This document shows positions 18,456 to 27,496 of a DNA stretch of 64,000 nucleotides, one piece after another. Origin of the DNA: Caldithrix abyssi DSM 13497 (GTDB taxonomy: Bacteria; Electryoneota; AABM5-125-24; Hatepunaeales; Hatepunaeaceae). Below the pieces are notes generated by a model. The model was not told where the DNA came from, did not search any database, and saw nothing but the letters and a program-made list of their open reading frames with translations. The translations under genes were made by a program, and so were the position numbers. Every line of letters starts with the position of its first letter. Position 1 is the stretch's first letter. Location: assembly GCA_945865405.1 (NCBI GenBank), contig CAMBDS010000002.1:2368-66367 (forward strand), in the 5' to 3' direction.

Positions 18456-20333
18456 GTGCCTTCGAATTTACCAAAAGACTATACTGCAAACGGTCAACCC
18501 CACTCAATGGAGCAAATCTGGGGGTGGACTGATGGTCAAACGCCGGACGAAGAGACAATAGATTCGCACGACCAGTTTGGATCTCAAACACCTCAGCAAA
18601 TCGACGGCATGGGAGATCCTAATCACCATGATAAATTCCCTGAACCGGGCGAGTTTTCCGCGGACGACGATTTCGATTTTTGGGCAGGATATGACACAAC
18701 TCCATCAAACGGATTCCAACCGGCAAATACCAATCTTAATGACGTATCGATACCGGATGATGATGAGTTAACCATTGCTGAAGTATCAATGATCGCTGCA
18801 ACAATGCCAATTGTTTCAACTATTAGCGAGACTTCCACTACCCCGCCACCTCCGCCCGCACCTCGAAAGGTGGCGCGGAAGGCTGAAGACTATCAGGAAC
18901 CTAAAATCCCTTGGCTATCCCAGAAAAAACGTGGCGCCAAGCAATGGGGTTACGGCTTCATCATCGCGATTTTGCTCACTATTTTCGGATCTATTTCCAT
19001 CGGTGTTTATCTCGTCTTGTTGAACTCGAAAGTCTCGATCCCGACCGTTTTCGTGAACGTCTCGATTGTTTCGTTGCTCTTGTTCCTTTTTCTTCTTGTC
19101 GCTCGTTACATCGGCCTGATTTACATGTCCTTCCTCCACCTTAATCGTAGTAAGGAAGAGGAATTCGACGAGGTCAGCCAGCAACTGAAATGTTCAATCC
19201 TCGTCCCGGCTTACAACGAAGGCAAAGGCATCGAAGACTCCATTATCTCAATGCTCGAGATGGATTATGACAACTTTGAGGTCATCGTCATCAATGATGG
19301 ATCGAAGGATGACACCCTTGAGGTCGCACGCAAGCATGAGGGCTGGCACGGTAACGTTCTGGTCAAGGTTATCTCCCAGAAGAACATGGGCAAGTCCAAC
19401 GCCTTGAACTACGGCACCAGCGTCGCCACCGGCGACATCATCCTCTGCGTAGATGGCGACTCCAAGCTCCATCCGCAAACCTTGAAGCTTGGCATGAGGC
19501 ACTTTCAGGATCCCAAGCTCGGCTCGGTTGCCGGTAACGTCAAGGTCATCAATCGTCGCAATATGATGACCAATTTGCAAGCCCTTGAGTATATTGAAGG
19601 CCTTAATCTCGTCCGAAGAGCACAAGCATTGATGCAAGCCGTCAATATTGTCCCAGGTCCTTGTGGATTCTTCAGAAGATCAGTAATTTTGGAGGTTGGA
19701 GGCTGGGACGACGACACCTATGCTGAGGACTGCGACCTCACCTTGAAAGTCCTCACAAGAGGCTACAAAATCGACTACGAGCCGGGCGCGATCAGCTACA
19801 CCGAAGCCCCCGAAAAGCTTCTGCAGCTCCTGAAGCAGCGCTACCGCTGGACTCGCGGCATCCTTCAGGCGATGCGCAAGAATGCCATCCACCTAATCAA
19901 CCCCATTGCCGGCTGGCGAGTCGTCCTCGTCATGTGGCAGATGGTCTTCGAGAGCGTCCTCTGGCCCCTGATGAACGTCGTCGCGAACCTGCTGTTCCTC
20001 CTTGTCGCATTCATTTTCGGAATGTCGCCGCTGATCGTCTTCTGGTGGGTGCAGTTGACGATCCTCGACACCATCGCCGCCATGCACACCGTCGCCATCG
20101 AACGTGAGTCTATCAAGCTCGTCCCTTACGCCGTCCTTTACCGAGCATTCTTCATCCAGCTCGTCGACGTCGCAAAATTGCTCGCAACCTTCGAGGAACT
20201 TATGGGCGTCGAGATGTCCTGGGGACACATGGAGCGTCAAGGTCGCCTCAGCGGCACCGTCGCCCAAGGCGCAACCGTCATTCACCGTACGCATATTACC
20301 ACCACCACCACTACCACCACTCTGGAGACCTAA
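18456..20333 (+). CDS. family-2 processive beta-glycosyltransferase (PgaC/IcaA/NodC/chitin-cellulose synthase-like)
   Basis: 625 aa. GT2 motifs are VPAYNEG...VIVINDGSKDDT, CVDGDS (DxD), YAEDCDLT (TED), QRYRWTRG (QxxRW) and flanking transmembrane helices. There is an unusual ~160-aa acidic, Pro-rich N-terminal extension. The true start is uncertain (GTG at 18456, or internal ATGs). C-terminal poly-Thr run. Confidence 0.8.
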   Translation: MPSNLPKDYTANGQPHSMEQIWGWTDGQTPDEETIDSHDQFGSQTPQQIDGMGDPNHHDKFPEPGEFSADDDFDFWAGYDTTPSNGFQPANTNLNDVSIPDDDELTIAEVSMIAATMPIVSTISETSTTPPPPPAPRKVARKAEDYQEPKIPWLSQKKRGAKQWGYGFIIAILLTIFGSISIGVYLVLLNSKVSIPTVFVNVSIVSLLLFLFLLVARYIGLIYMSFLHLNRSKEEEFDEVSQQLKCSILVPAYNEGKGIEDSIISMLEMDYDNFEVIVINDGSKDDTLEVARKHEGWHGNVLVKVISQKNMGKSNALNYGTSVATGDIILCVDGDSKLHPQTLKLGMRHFQDPKLGSVAGNVKVINRRNMMTNLQALEYIEGLNLVRRAQALMQAVNIVPGPCGFFRRSVILEVGGWDDDTYAEDCDLTLKVLTRGYKIDYEPGAISYTEAPEKLLQLLKQRYRWTRGILQAMRKNAIHLINPIAGWRVVLVMWQMVFESVLWPLMNVVANLLFLLVAFIFGMSPLIVFWWVQLTILDTIAAMHTVAIERESIKLVPYAVLYRAFFIQLVDVAKLLATFEELMGVEMSWGHMERQGRLSGTVAQGATVIHRTHITTTTTTTTLET

Positions 20334-21067
20334 TGGACATCGTCCCGATACTTTCGACGATTATCCTGATATCGACGCTGATCACGCTGATTGTCGCGAT
20401 AGCATCATACATGACCTTCCGCATCAAAGAGAAGAAGAAGCAAGCCGCTATGGCCGAGTTTTCCGAGGTCTTTTCCGCCGATCTGGCCGAGCTTCAGGAA
20501 GCCGCCCCCATGGACAGCCCCGCCCAGCTCCCTGCCGCACAGGTTGTCGCCCAGACGCCTCCCGTTGTCGGCAACATCCAGCCACCCGTCGTGATGACGC
20601 CGCCACAACCCATCATCACTCCAGCGCAAGCTGAAGTCCTGCAAATCCAGCCGCCCGAGCAGTTCCAGCAGCCGCAAGCACCCCAACAACAGCAGCAGCA
20701 GCAACAACACCAGATGCCTTACCAAACGCAACAACCACAGGGACAGCCGTACCCCCCGCAACAGCCGCAACAGCAAGGCTATCCCCAACAGCAACAGCAG
20801 CAGAACCCCAATCAGCCACCGCCCTACCAAGATCCCTATGGCAACCCCTTCCAGTTCCCCCCTCAGCCACAACGCGCACCACAGTTCAGCGGCGCTCAGT
20901 CCGCCTTCATGAAAAGTATGCAAAGTGATGATAAGTCGGAAGAGTTGACCCGCCACCCCCAACAAGGCGCTGACTACGGCCCGATGCGACGCTTTACACC
21001 CCCGGAGCAGAAGCCCCGCCAACAGCCTCCACAGGCCCACCACGACGACTCTCCGGCCTGGAAATAA
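20333..21067 (+). CDS. single-pass membrane protein with Pro/Gln-rich low-complexity tail (possible PgaD/IcaD-like synthase accessory)
   Basis: 244 aa. ATG overlaps the upstream TAA as TAATG. N-terminal transmembrane helix is ILSTIILISTLITLIVAIASY. The rest is Q/P-rich (QQQQQQQHQ...). Confidence 0.5.
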   Translation: MDIVPILSTIILISTLITLIVAIASYMTFRIKEKKKQAAMAEFSEVFSADLAELQEAAPMDSPAQLPAAQVVAQTPPVVGNIQPPVVMTPPQPIITPAQAEVLQIQPPEQFQQPQAPQQQQQQQQHQMPYQTQQPQGQPYPPQQPQQQGYPQQQQQQNPNQPPPYQDPYGNPFQFPPQPQRAPQFSGAQSAFMKSMQSDDKSEELTRHPQQGADYGPMRRFTPPEQKPRQQPPQAHHDDSPAWK

Positions 21068-21070
21068 CCG

Positions 21071-23854
21071 ATGCGATTCTCTTTGACAACACTATCGCTT
21101 GTGCTGTTGGCCGTTTCTACGGCAACTGCACAGGTTGTGCTTGTCAAACCTCAGACAACCGCAAATTTTGTCGCTCCCGACAATCCCGCGAAGCAGATCG
21201 ATGCCTGGACGGCTAACCTTTTGATCTTAATGCGTGAAGCCGGCATCGACCCTGTCGTTGAGAATGAGTCTTTCCTCACCTCTAACACTCTGCCTTCGAC
21301 CATCATCCTCTTCCACGCCGAATACCTTTCCGACGAGCAGGTCAAAGCGTTACAGGAGCATCTGAACCAGGGCAACAACCTCTGGATCACATCGGGAACC
21401 GGTTACCGCACCGCGACCGGCGAAGTCCGCGGTTGGGGTTTCCTACAGGAGGTTCTCGGCGGGACTATCGAACCGACAACACTCCAAAGCGGCACGGCGG
21501 TTTCGCTCCAAATGCGTTACGGAAGACCGGGAAGCTCCTCCCTCCCCCCGGGCTACCGTTGGAGATTAGCTCTTTCAGAAACACCACTATCCCTCAAAAC
21601 AACCAACTCAGATGACATCGTCGGCTACTGGGCAAGAGACGCCTACCAGCTCGAACCTGCCGATTCTATCCCCCGTCAGGCGGGGTTCATATCTCGCACA
21701 ACCTTATCAGGCGGCAGAGTTGTCTGGATTGGAGCAGGTATGGAAGGTCTTCACCTTGATCTCGTCAATCGCGATATGTCGCTCAAAGTGCTGACAGAAA
21801 CGCTCGGCTGGCTGAAGGGTGAAGGAATTCCCTCCGTCGAAGCCTGGCCCTCCGCTCAAAAAAGTGCCGTCTTGATACATGGCGATATCGAAGACAGATT
21901 CGAATATATCCCTCGATTAACCACTATTTTCAAAGGTCAGGACGTCCCGGTCACTTACAACATTCTCACATCGGAAGCCGCTAAATTCCCCAAGGCTCTC
22001 GATGAAATATTAAAAACTCGCGCCGAATTGTCCGTTCACGGAGATGACCACAGCGATTTCGCTGGTCAACCTGTACAGACTCAGATTGACCGCCTGATGT
22101 CCTGCGCTTCATTTATTGCACTCTATGGTCCTCGTCCCACCGCGTTTCGACCCACTTCGCTAAGCTATGATGACAACACCCTTCGTGCAGCAAAAAATGT
22201 CGGCTACACAAGCGTTCTCGCCTATAACAAACCCGACCGCGACTACCCGATTTACAACGTCGATGAACGTTCTCTCGAATCAGGGCTCGTATTTTACCCC
22301 AAAAGTGAACTCGACGATTACGATTTGGTCGAAAAAATACCGATACCAACTGAGGCAGGAAAAGCTCGCAATTTTATCGGCGACTTCAACCGCATCAATG
22401 ACCTGCACGGGCTCTATAAACTCAATTTCCACAGCCAATATCTCGCAACCGAAGAGTTACCTAAAGCGGTTGAAAAAACCCTTATTGAAATAAAAAGCCG
22501 TAACGATGTCTGGATCACCGACACCCAATCTATTTCGGCGTGGCTGAAACTCCGCAGCAGGTTGCTTCTGCAGACTAATTCAAACCAATCGGTCGTCAAC
22601 CTTACTCTAACCAATACATCATCTGCTCCTGCACGTAACGTAATTCTACGAATTTTGCCCCCGCAAAACGTCCCCGCCGAGCTCCTTGTCCCGCGAAACG
22701 TGAGCGAGAGCATCCAATACGATGTCCGCGACGGCGTTCTCTATGCCAGCATCCCAAATCTGAAGCCCGGAGCGATCTTCAAAATGGAACTCGCGGCTGG
22801 TACCGGCCCCGCAATGAACCTCTTCAATAAAAATATGTTAATCACCGGCTTCAAAGCATTCGCCGCTATCGGAGCCATATTCATTCTCTGGTTCGTTATG
22901 TATCTTGCATTTTCAGGCAAGAAAGCCAGGCCTGGTCGTTCACAGCGAACTTTGCCTGACCTCACTACAGAAGAGGAGATCCTCTATCGTAAACTCGGTA
23001 TCAAAAATAGTGATTTGGATTCTACCCAGACTAACATCTCCAATGGCGATTCAGGTTCACAACGCATCGATTTGGTGCACAATATGCCGATAGCATCCGC
23101 TCCTGCCGGGAATTTTCCAATGATCCCTGATCCAAATCAAATTAAGTCTGTTGCGAATAGAAACCAAAACACCTCAAGAGCTGTCCCTTCGATTATCGGC
23201 ACAATCACCGGCACGGGCGATTTTAATGCTCCCACACTTTCGAGTAACGCTGTAGGCACTCACCCAAACGGATTTTCGCGCTTCAACCGCAATTCCAAGG
23301 TTCCGGCACTCCCAATGGTTTTTAAACCGTTAACCTCAACAGGTGACAAACCGGTATCACTTCAACCGCGTCGCAAAGTAGCGCCTCCCCAACTGGAGAT
23401 GTCCCCGATTCCGATCTCTGAACAAATTCAAGCTGACAATCCGCAACAATTATCAGTCAGTACCAATAGCATCTCCGAAGCAGCTCCCCCGCAAAAAGCA
23501 CCTGCTCCTCGGCCAAAGCCCGAGTCGCTGTTGCCTGTTGTTGGAATTCCACCGCAAAGACCAGTGTCTAACGCCCTCAATCCGGCTCAAAAATCAGCCG
23601 CATCATCGCCCAACAGGCCAATGGACAATCGCAACTCCAATACTTTCCAGTCACCTTCCGGATTGCGGACAACTGCCAATTTACCGAAACCAAAACGGCA
23701 GGGAAACGTTGACAACGCTCCGTCAAATAGCTCACAGTCGCAGTCCCAAGGTCAGCCACAGTCCACACCTGACCCACAGGGAATGGTAAGAACTTCAGTG
23801 GAGATGTTTCGCAAACAGAAAGCTAAATCGAACAACGTCGAGGAATGGCGATAA
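21071..23854 (+). CDS. secreted polysaccharide deacetylase-like (CE4/NodB-like) protein with a transmembrane helix and long Ser/Pro/Gln-rich tail
   Basis: 927 aa. Signal peptide is MRFSLTTLSLVLLAVSTATAQ. CE4-like motifs are LIHGDIED, SVHGDDHSDF and FRPTSLSYDD. A transmembrane helix follows (ITGFKAFAAIGAIFILWFVMYLAF), then a low-complexity tail. Confidence 0.45.
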   Translation: MRFSLTTLSLVLLAVSTATAQVVLVKPQTTANFVAPDNPAKQIDAWTANLLILMREAGIDPVVENESFLTSNTLPSTIILFHAEYLSDEQVKALQEHLNQGNNLWITSGTGYRTATGEVRGWGFLQEVLGGTIEPTTLQSGTAVSLQMRYGRPGSSSLPPGYRWRLALSETPLSLKTTNSDDIVGYWARDAYQLEPADSIPRQAGFISRTTLSGGRVVWIGAGMEGLHLDLVNRDMSLKVLTETLGWLKGEGIPSVEAWPSAQKSAVLIHGDIEDRFEYIPRLTTIFKGQDVPVTYNILTSEAAKFPKALDEILKTRAELSVHGDDHSDFAGQPVQTQIDRLMSCASFIALYGPRPTAFRPTSLSYDDNTLRAAKNVGYTSVLAYNKPDRDYPIYNVDERSLESGLVFYPKSELDDYDLVEKIPIPTEAGKARNFIGDFNRINDLHGLYKLNFHSQYLATEELPKAVEKTLIEIKSRNDVWITDTQSISAWLKLRSRLLLQTNSNQSVVNLTLTNTSSAPARNVILRILPPQNVPAELLVPRNVSESIQYDVRDGVLYASIPNLKPGAIFKMELAAGTGPAMNLFNKNMLITGFKAFAAIGAIFILWFVMYLAFSGKKARPGRSQRTLPDLTTEEEILYRKLGIKNSDLDSTQTNISNGDSGSQRIDLVHNMPIASAPAGNFPMIPDPNQIKSVANRNQNTSRAVPSIIGTITGTGDFNAPTLSSNAVGTHPNGFSRFNRNSKVPALPMVFKPLTSTGDKPVSLQPRRKVAPPQLEMSPIPISEQIQADNPQQLSVSTNSISEAAPPQKAPAPRPKPESLLPVVGIPPQRPVSNALNPAQKSAASSPNRPMDNRNSNTFQSPSGLRTTANLPKPKRQGNVDNAPSNSSQSQSQGQPQSTPDPQGMVRTSVEMFRKQKAKSNNVEEWR

Positions 23855-26125
23855 TTGTCAGCCCAATCTGGAAATATACCTCCCGGTAAATTGCCGCCAA
23901 AGCCTGTAGCGCCGGCTAAAAAGGCATCTAAAACCGTTAAAAGCGAAACAAAAAAAACTACAGTTACGATTCCTGTTATCTCGAAGTTATTTCATCGTAA
24001 GAGCCAAAGACCATCAGCTCCGAATTCTGCCCCCCTCGTCGTAGCCCCCCCTTCGGGCACTATTGTCAAACCCAAAGACACCCGCATCGAACGGCTCAAG
24101 AAGCAAGTCGGAGGCTTCCTCTTCCAACTTGTGACGCTCGCTCTGTTTCTGACCGCCTTCGGCTGGTGGGGCTACACGCAGGTGATGAAACAGGTTCTCG
24201 GCCGCTTCGATGTCCTCGACTGGGAATCTGCCGGAGCTTCGCTATACGGTGCTCCAAACGTTCTGTTGATCGATCCGTTACGCACTGAGGAGTACCTTCG
24301 CCCGGACACAGCGCGGCACGATACGATCTGGCCGTACAGCGAACGAATCGACGACTGGCCCCTGTTGGACACCCTTTGGTACGCGCCGGGAATTCCGCAC
24401 CACAGTCGTGACGGGTTTCAGGCATGGGATCTGATGGGTACCGATGACTTCAAACAAGCTGGCCTCGCCGATCCCTGGAAGGAATTGCTTTTCCGCAAGA
24501 AAATCTCGTTCACGCTCGAGCAAGAGCCTGCCCTGACTGCTATACCGGACGGTGTCAATATGGTGATTTTACCCGGAACACTCCTCTTGTCAGCTCAGGA
24601 GCGAAAGGGCATCAAGGACTTTCTCGTCGAAGGCGGCAAGCTACTTTGCTGTTGGTCACCCGGCTGTCGTGACGAAAATGGCAACTGGACGGGATACACT
24701 TTTTTGGAGCAAATTGTCGGGGGCAGTCTGGCAGGTCTTGTTCAGGACCCCACCGGCGGTGAAACAATCCTCCTAAACGGGAGCGGCCCAATAACGGCGA
24801 TGGTCGCCCCCGGCGCGCATCTCGAATTCTTCACCTGGAACGGCAATATCGAGATGAACATCCTTGAGCCTCGCACCACCGCCGACGCATGGCAGTTTGA
24901 GTCTTACTGGCTCAACGCCGGAAAGACCGCTGGAGCTACCCAGCCGGCAATGGCTGCGCATGGAACCTATGTGGCAGGTAAATTTGTCTGGTTCTCTTTC
25001 ACGCCTGATGCGATGCAGCCTCACAAGGATAATAACGTTATCATGGAGAAACTCGCCCTCAATGCCATCTACTGGCTTGCTGGCAAACCTCTCGTCGATA
25101 TCAGTGTCTGGCCGCCCGGCTACTCGGCAGGAGGATCACTGGCACTGACCGGACAGGGAACCCCTTCGGCTATCAACGAACTCCAAAATTCGATTGACAA
25201 GAGCAGAAAGCCGCTCGATCTGATCCTCGATCCTGACAATATCCCGGAGAACATCGAATTTCTTGGTGATGGTTGGGGCGACGTCATCATCGGTTCTTCA
25301 GATACAGCTCTCTTTAACAGCCTTAATCCCCGCGATATATTCGATTGGCTCGAGACAAGCGCTGTCCGTCTCGAAAATATCACAGGCCGCCGCCCCAAAG
25401 GGCTCTTTCCACCTGATTGGAGTTACAGTGAATTCGCTGCCATAGGCGCGGCAACCGAGCAGATGCGCTTTGTCATGTGTTCGCCAAGCCCTCGTTTCTA
25501 CGGCCCGACTGAAAGCCTCCTAAGGCCTCATGGCTGGTGGATCTTTTCCGATAAAGTTCAGCTTGCCACTCTGCCAAAGTGTCAGGTATCATCAGATGAA
25601 TGGGTAGATTACGGGAAGGTAAAGGGAGCGGCGGGAATCTATTCCGCTATGGGCAACAATATGCGACATATTCGTAAATTTGGCGGTATGTACATCGGCA
25701 TCGTCGATCCGACAACCCTTGAGGCGGAAAACGCACTGAACTTACCCGCACAGCTGAGTGCGCGAATGGACTCGCTCGGCTTCTGGCGCGGTTCGATTGG
25801 CGAGGTCATGGATCGCTTTAGTGGATGGAGGGGGTTGAGAGAGGGGACAATGGAGATCACACCCAAACGTCTTCAGCTTCAGCTCTCAAACGAAAGCGAT
25901 GTCGATATGAAAAACGTCAAACTTGAACTCTATTTCACCCCGGACGTTGTCTCTTCATTCGAAGTCACTTCCGAAGTCATGGGACTCCGCGCCGCAGATG
26001 TCAATTGGAACAAGCGTTCCGGGCTCTTTAGTTTTGCAATACCTGAGCTAACAGCCGGGATGAACGCCGTAATCTACATCGACGCAACAACAGGCGAATC
26101 AAAACCGGAAATTATAAACAGATGA
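23855..26125 (+). CDS. membrane-anchored hypothetical protein (possible polysaccharide-modifying enzyme)
   Basis: 756 aa. TTG start directly after the upstream TAA. Basic N-terminus, then one transmembrane helix (FLFQLVTLALFLTAFGWWGY) and a large periplasmic part. The match to deacetylase-like or amidotransferase-like folds is weak. Confidence 0.45.
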   Translation: MSAQSGNIPPGKLPPKPVAPAKKASKTVKSETKKTTVTIPVISKLFHRKSQRPSAPNSAPLVVAPPSGTIVKPKDTRIERLKKQVGGFLFQLVTLALFLTAFGWWGYTQVMKQVLGRFDVLDWESAGASLYGAPNVLLIDPLRTEEYLRPDTARHDTIWPYSERIDDWPLLDTLWYAPGIPHHSRDGFQAWDLMGTDDFKQAGLADPWKELLFRKKISFTLEQEPALTAIPDGVNMVILPGTLLLSAQERKGIKDFLVEGGKLLCCWSPGCRDENGNWTGYTFLEQIVGGSLAGLVQDPTGGETILLNGSGPITAMVAPGAHLEFFTWNGNIEMNILEPRTTADAWQFESYWLNAGKTAGATQPAMAAHGTYVAGKFVWFSFTPDAMQPHKDNNVIMEKLALNAIYWLAGKPLVDISVWPPGYSAGGSLALTGQGTPSAINELQNSIDKSRKPLDLILDPDNIPENIEFLGDGWGDVIIGSSDTALFNSLNPRDIFDWLETSAVRLENITGRRPKGLFPPDWSYSEFAAIGAATEQMRFVMCSPSPRFYGPTESLLRPHGWWIFSDKVQLATLPKCQVSSDEWVDYGKVKGAAGIYSAMGNNMRHIRKFGGMYIGIVDPTTLEAENALNLPAQLSARMDSLGFWRGSIGEVMDRFSGWRGLREGTMEITPKRLQLQLSNESDVDMKNVKLELYFTPDVVSSFEVTSEVMGLRAADVNWNKRSGLFSFAIPELTAGMNAVIYIDATTGESKPEIINR

Positions 26126-27492
26126 AGATAATTACAAAAAAGCCGTTTAGGTATCCGCTGGCTTACGCCCTCGTCTGCCAGCATCAAACCCAAGCTGCGG
26201 GTAGCCCGCCGAGCCTGGCGGGTAGCCCGGCGAGCCTGGCGGGTAGCCCGGCGAGCTTTGCTCGGCGGGTCTTTCCACTTACTCTCTTTTTCACTTTGCT
26301 CATCTTTTCGTCTATTTCTATCATTGGTTGCACGACAGAAACTGTCTCTCCTCGCTACAACAACATCCGTCCTGAGATTATCCTGTTTGAAACCCTTCCC
26401 GACGATTCCATCGAAGTCCAGGATACACTGGTTCTCGAGTGTGAAGCCGATGATCCCGAGGGCCAACCGCTAAGCTATTTCTGGCATGCAGAAAGCGGCA
26501 CAATTCTCTCTGATTCTACCGTAACGACACGATGGGTCGCTCCTCGAGTTCCCGGTAGCTATTGGATAAATTTAACAGTAAGTGATCCTTTTTCAGATAC
26601 AACCGCTTCTCGTTTGGCAATAGTACTACCCCGAGGTGCGACAAATCGTGCACCTGAAATTGTGCAGATTACTACAGTCCCTGATACAGTAACTGCAGGT
26701 GAAATAGTAAACTGCGCAGTACAGGCGACAGACGAAGAGGAAGATGCCCTCAGCTACATCTGGACAGCACAGGCGGGCGAATTCGACCGTTCGTTTGGCT
26801 CCCAAGTTCACTGGGCGGCACCTGCTGAGTTAGGCGAGTATTATATTAAAGTTGCCGTTACCGACGGCAACCACTCCATTTCTGATTCACTTTCAGTTTT
26901 GGTTGCGGCGGACACAGTAACTCTTTATGATGCTGATTTTACTATAGATCAAGTAAGTGGAGCATGGGGGAGTATAGGCTTGTTGGCAGGGTTGGGGGAT
27001 AGTGAGGGTATTAACCAAATAGAATGGGATTCTACAACTCACGCAATGTCAGTTACTTCCAAAACAACTTATGGCACTTATGGATTCAGATTAATAGGCC
27101 GTAATTTCGGCCCCGGAACGTTTTACTGCACCGTGAAAGTCCTTAACGGTGAATATCATAGGATTGCTTTTGTACCAAAACTGATCGACAGGCAAAACTA
27201 TGTTATATTTGGTATCGATCCTTATGTAGGAAGCTGGCAGGTCTTGCGATGTACTGCAGGAACAATGCAATACCTTTCGGAAGGCTGGAACACTTTCGAC
27301 TTGAATAACCCGCTAAGGTTTGAATATAAAGAATCCAATAACCGCGCCACCGCATCTATAAATGGTCAAATGCTTTGGTCTGGCGCAGTTGCACCCGAAT
27401 TTCAGAGAAGTGCTCCGATGGGAGTTGCACTATACGGCACCAACCAATCAGGCCCCGCTCTCTTCGATAACTTCATGATCTCAACACCCTAA
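26122..27492 (+). CDS. lipoprotein with two Ig/PKD-like repeats and a C-terminal beta-sandwich domain
   Basis: 456 aa. ATG overlaps the upstream stop as ATGA. Lipobox-like SISIIGC. Two ~90-aa repeats are PEIILFETLPDD...YFWHAESG and PEIVQITTVPD...YIWTAQAG. The 5' coding region contains a REP-like hairpin and a 3x21-nt tandem repeat. Confidence 0.55.
   Translation: MKIITKKPFRYPLAYALVCQHQTQAAGSPPSLAGSPASLAGSPASFARRVFPLTLFFTLLIFSSISIIGCTTETVSPRYNNIRPEIILFETLPDDSIEVQDTLVLECEADDPEGQPLSYFWHAESGTILSDSTVTTRWVAPRVPGSYWINLTVSDPFSDTTASRLAIVLPRGATNRAPEIVQITTVPDTVTAGEIVNCAVQATDEEEDALSYIWTAQAGEFDRSFGSQVHWAAPAELGEYYIKVAVTDGNHSISDSLSVLVAADTVTLYDADFTIDQVSGAWGSIGLLAGLGDSEGINQIEWDSTTHAMSVTSKTTYGTYGFRLIGRNFGPGTFYCTVKVLNGEYHRIAFVPKLIDRQNYVIFGIDPYVGSWQVLRCTAGTMQYLSEGWNTFDLNNPLRFEYKESNNRATASINGQMLWSGAVAPEFQRSAPMGVALYGTNQSGPALFDNFMISTP
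26155..26185. repeat. REP-like hairpin, copy 4, inside annotated 5' end of lipoprotein ORF
   Basis: ccgctggcttacgccctcgtctgccagcatc is the near-exact reverse complement of gatgctggcatacgagggcgtctgccagcgg at 45754-45784. Confidence 0.7.
26197..26259. repeat. 3 x 21-nt tandem repeat (GCGGGTAGCCCGSCGAGCCTG) in 5' coding region of lipoprotein gene
   Basis: Encodes AGSPPSL AGSPASL AGSPASF. On the opposite strand it gives RRATRQA repeats. Confidence 0.85.
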
Positions 27493-27496
27493 ATAT

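Noticed and set aside
19893-20294. 133-aa and other minus-strand ORFs inside the GT2 gene
   Set aside because: They are antisense to a CDS with unmistakable GT2 motifs.
20405-21043. 212-aa minus-strand ORF rich in Leu/Arg
   Set aside because: It is antisense to the Gln/Pro-rich membrane protein. CAG/CAA repeats read as CTG/TTG on the other strand. It is an artefact of low-complexity sequence.
26074-26466. 130-aa minus-strand ORF with RRATRQA x3
   Set aside because: It is the reverse-strand reading of the 21-nt tandem repeat inside the lipoprotein gene. The plus-strand gene has translational coupling (ATGA), a lipobox and Ig-like repeats.
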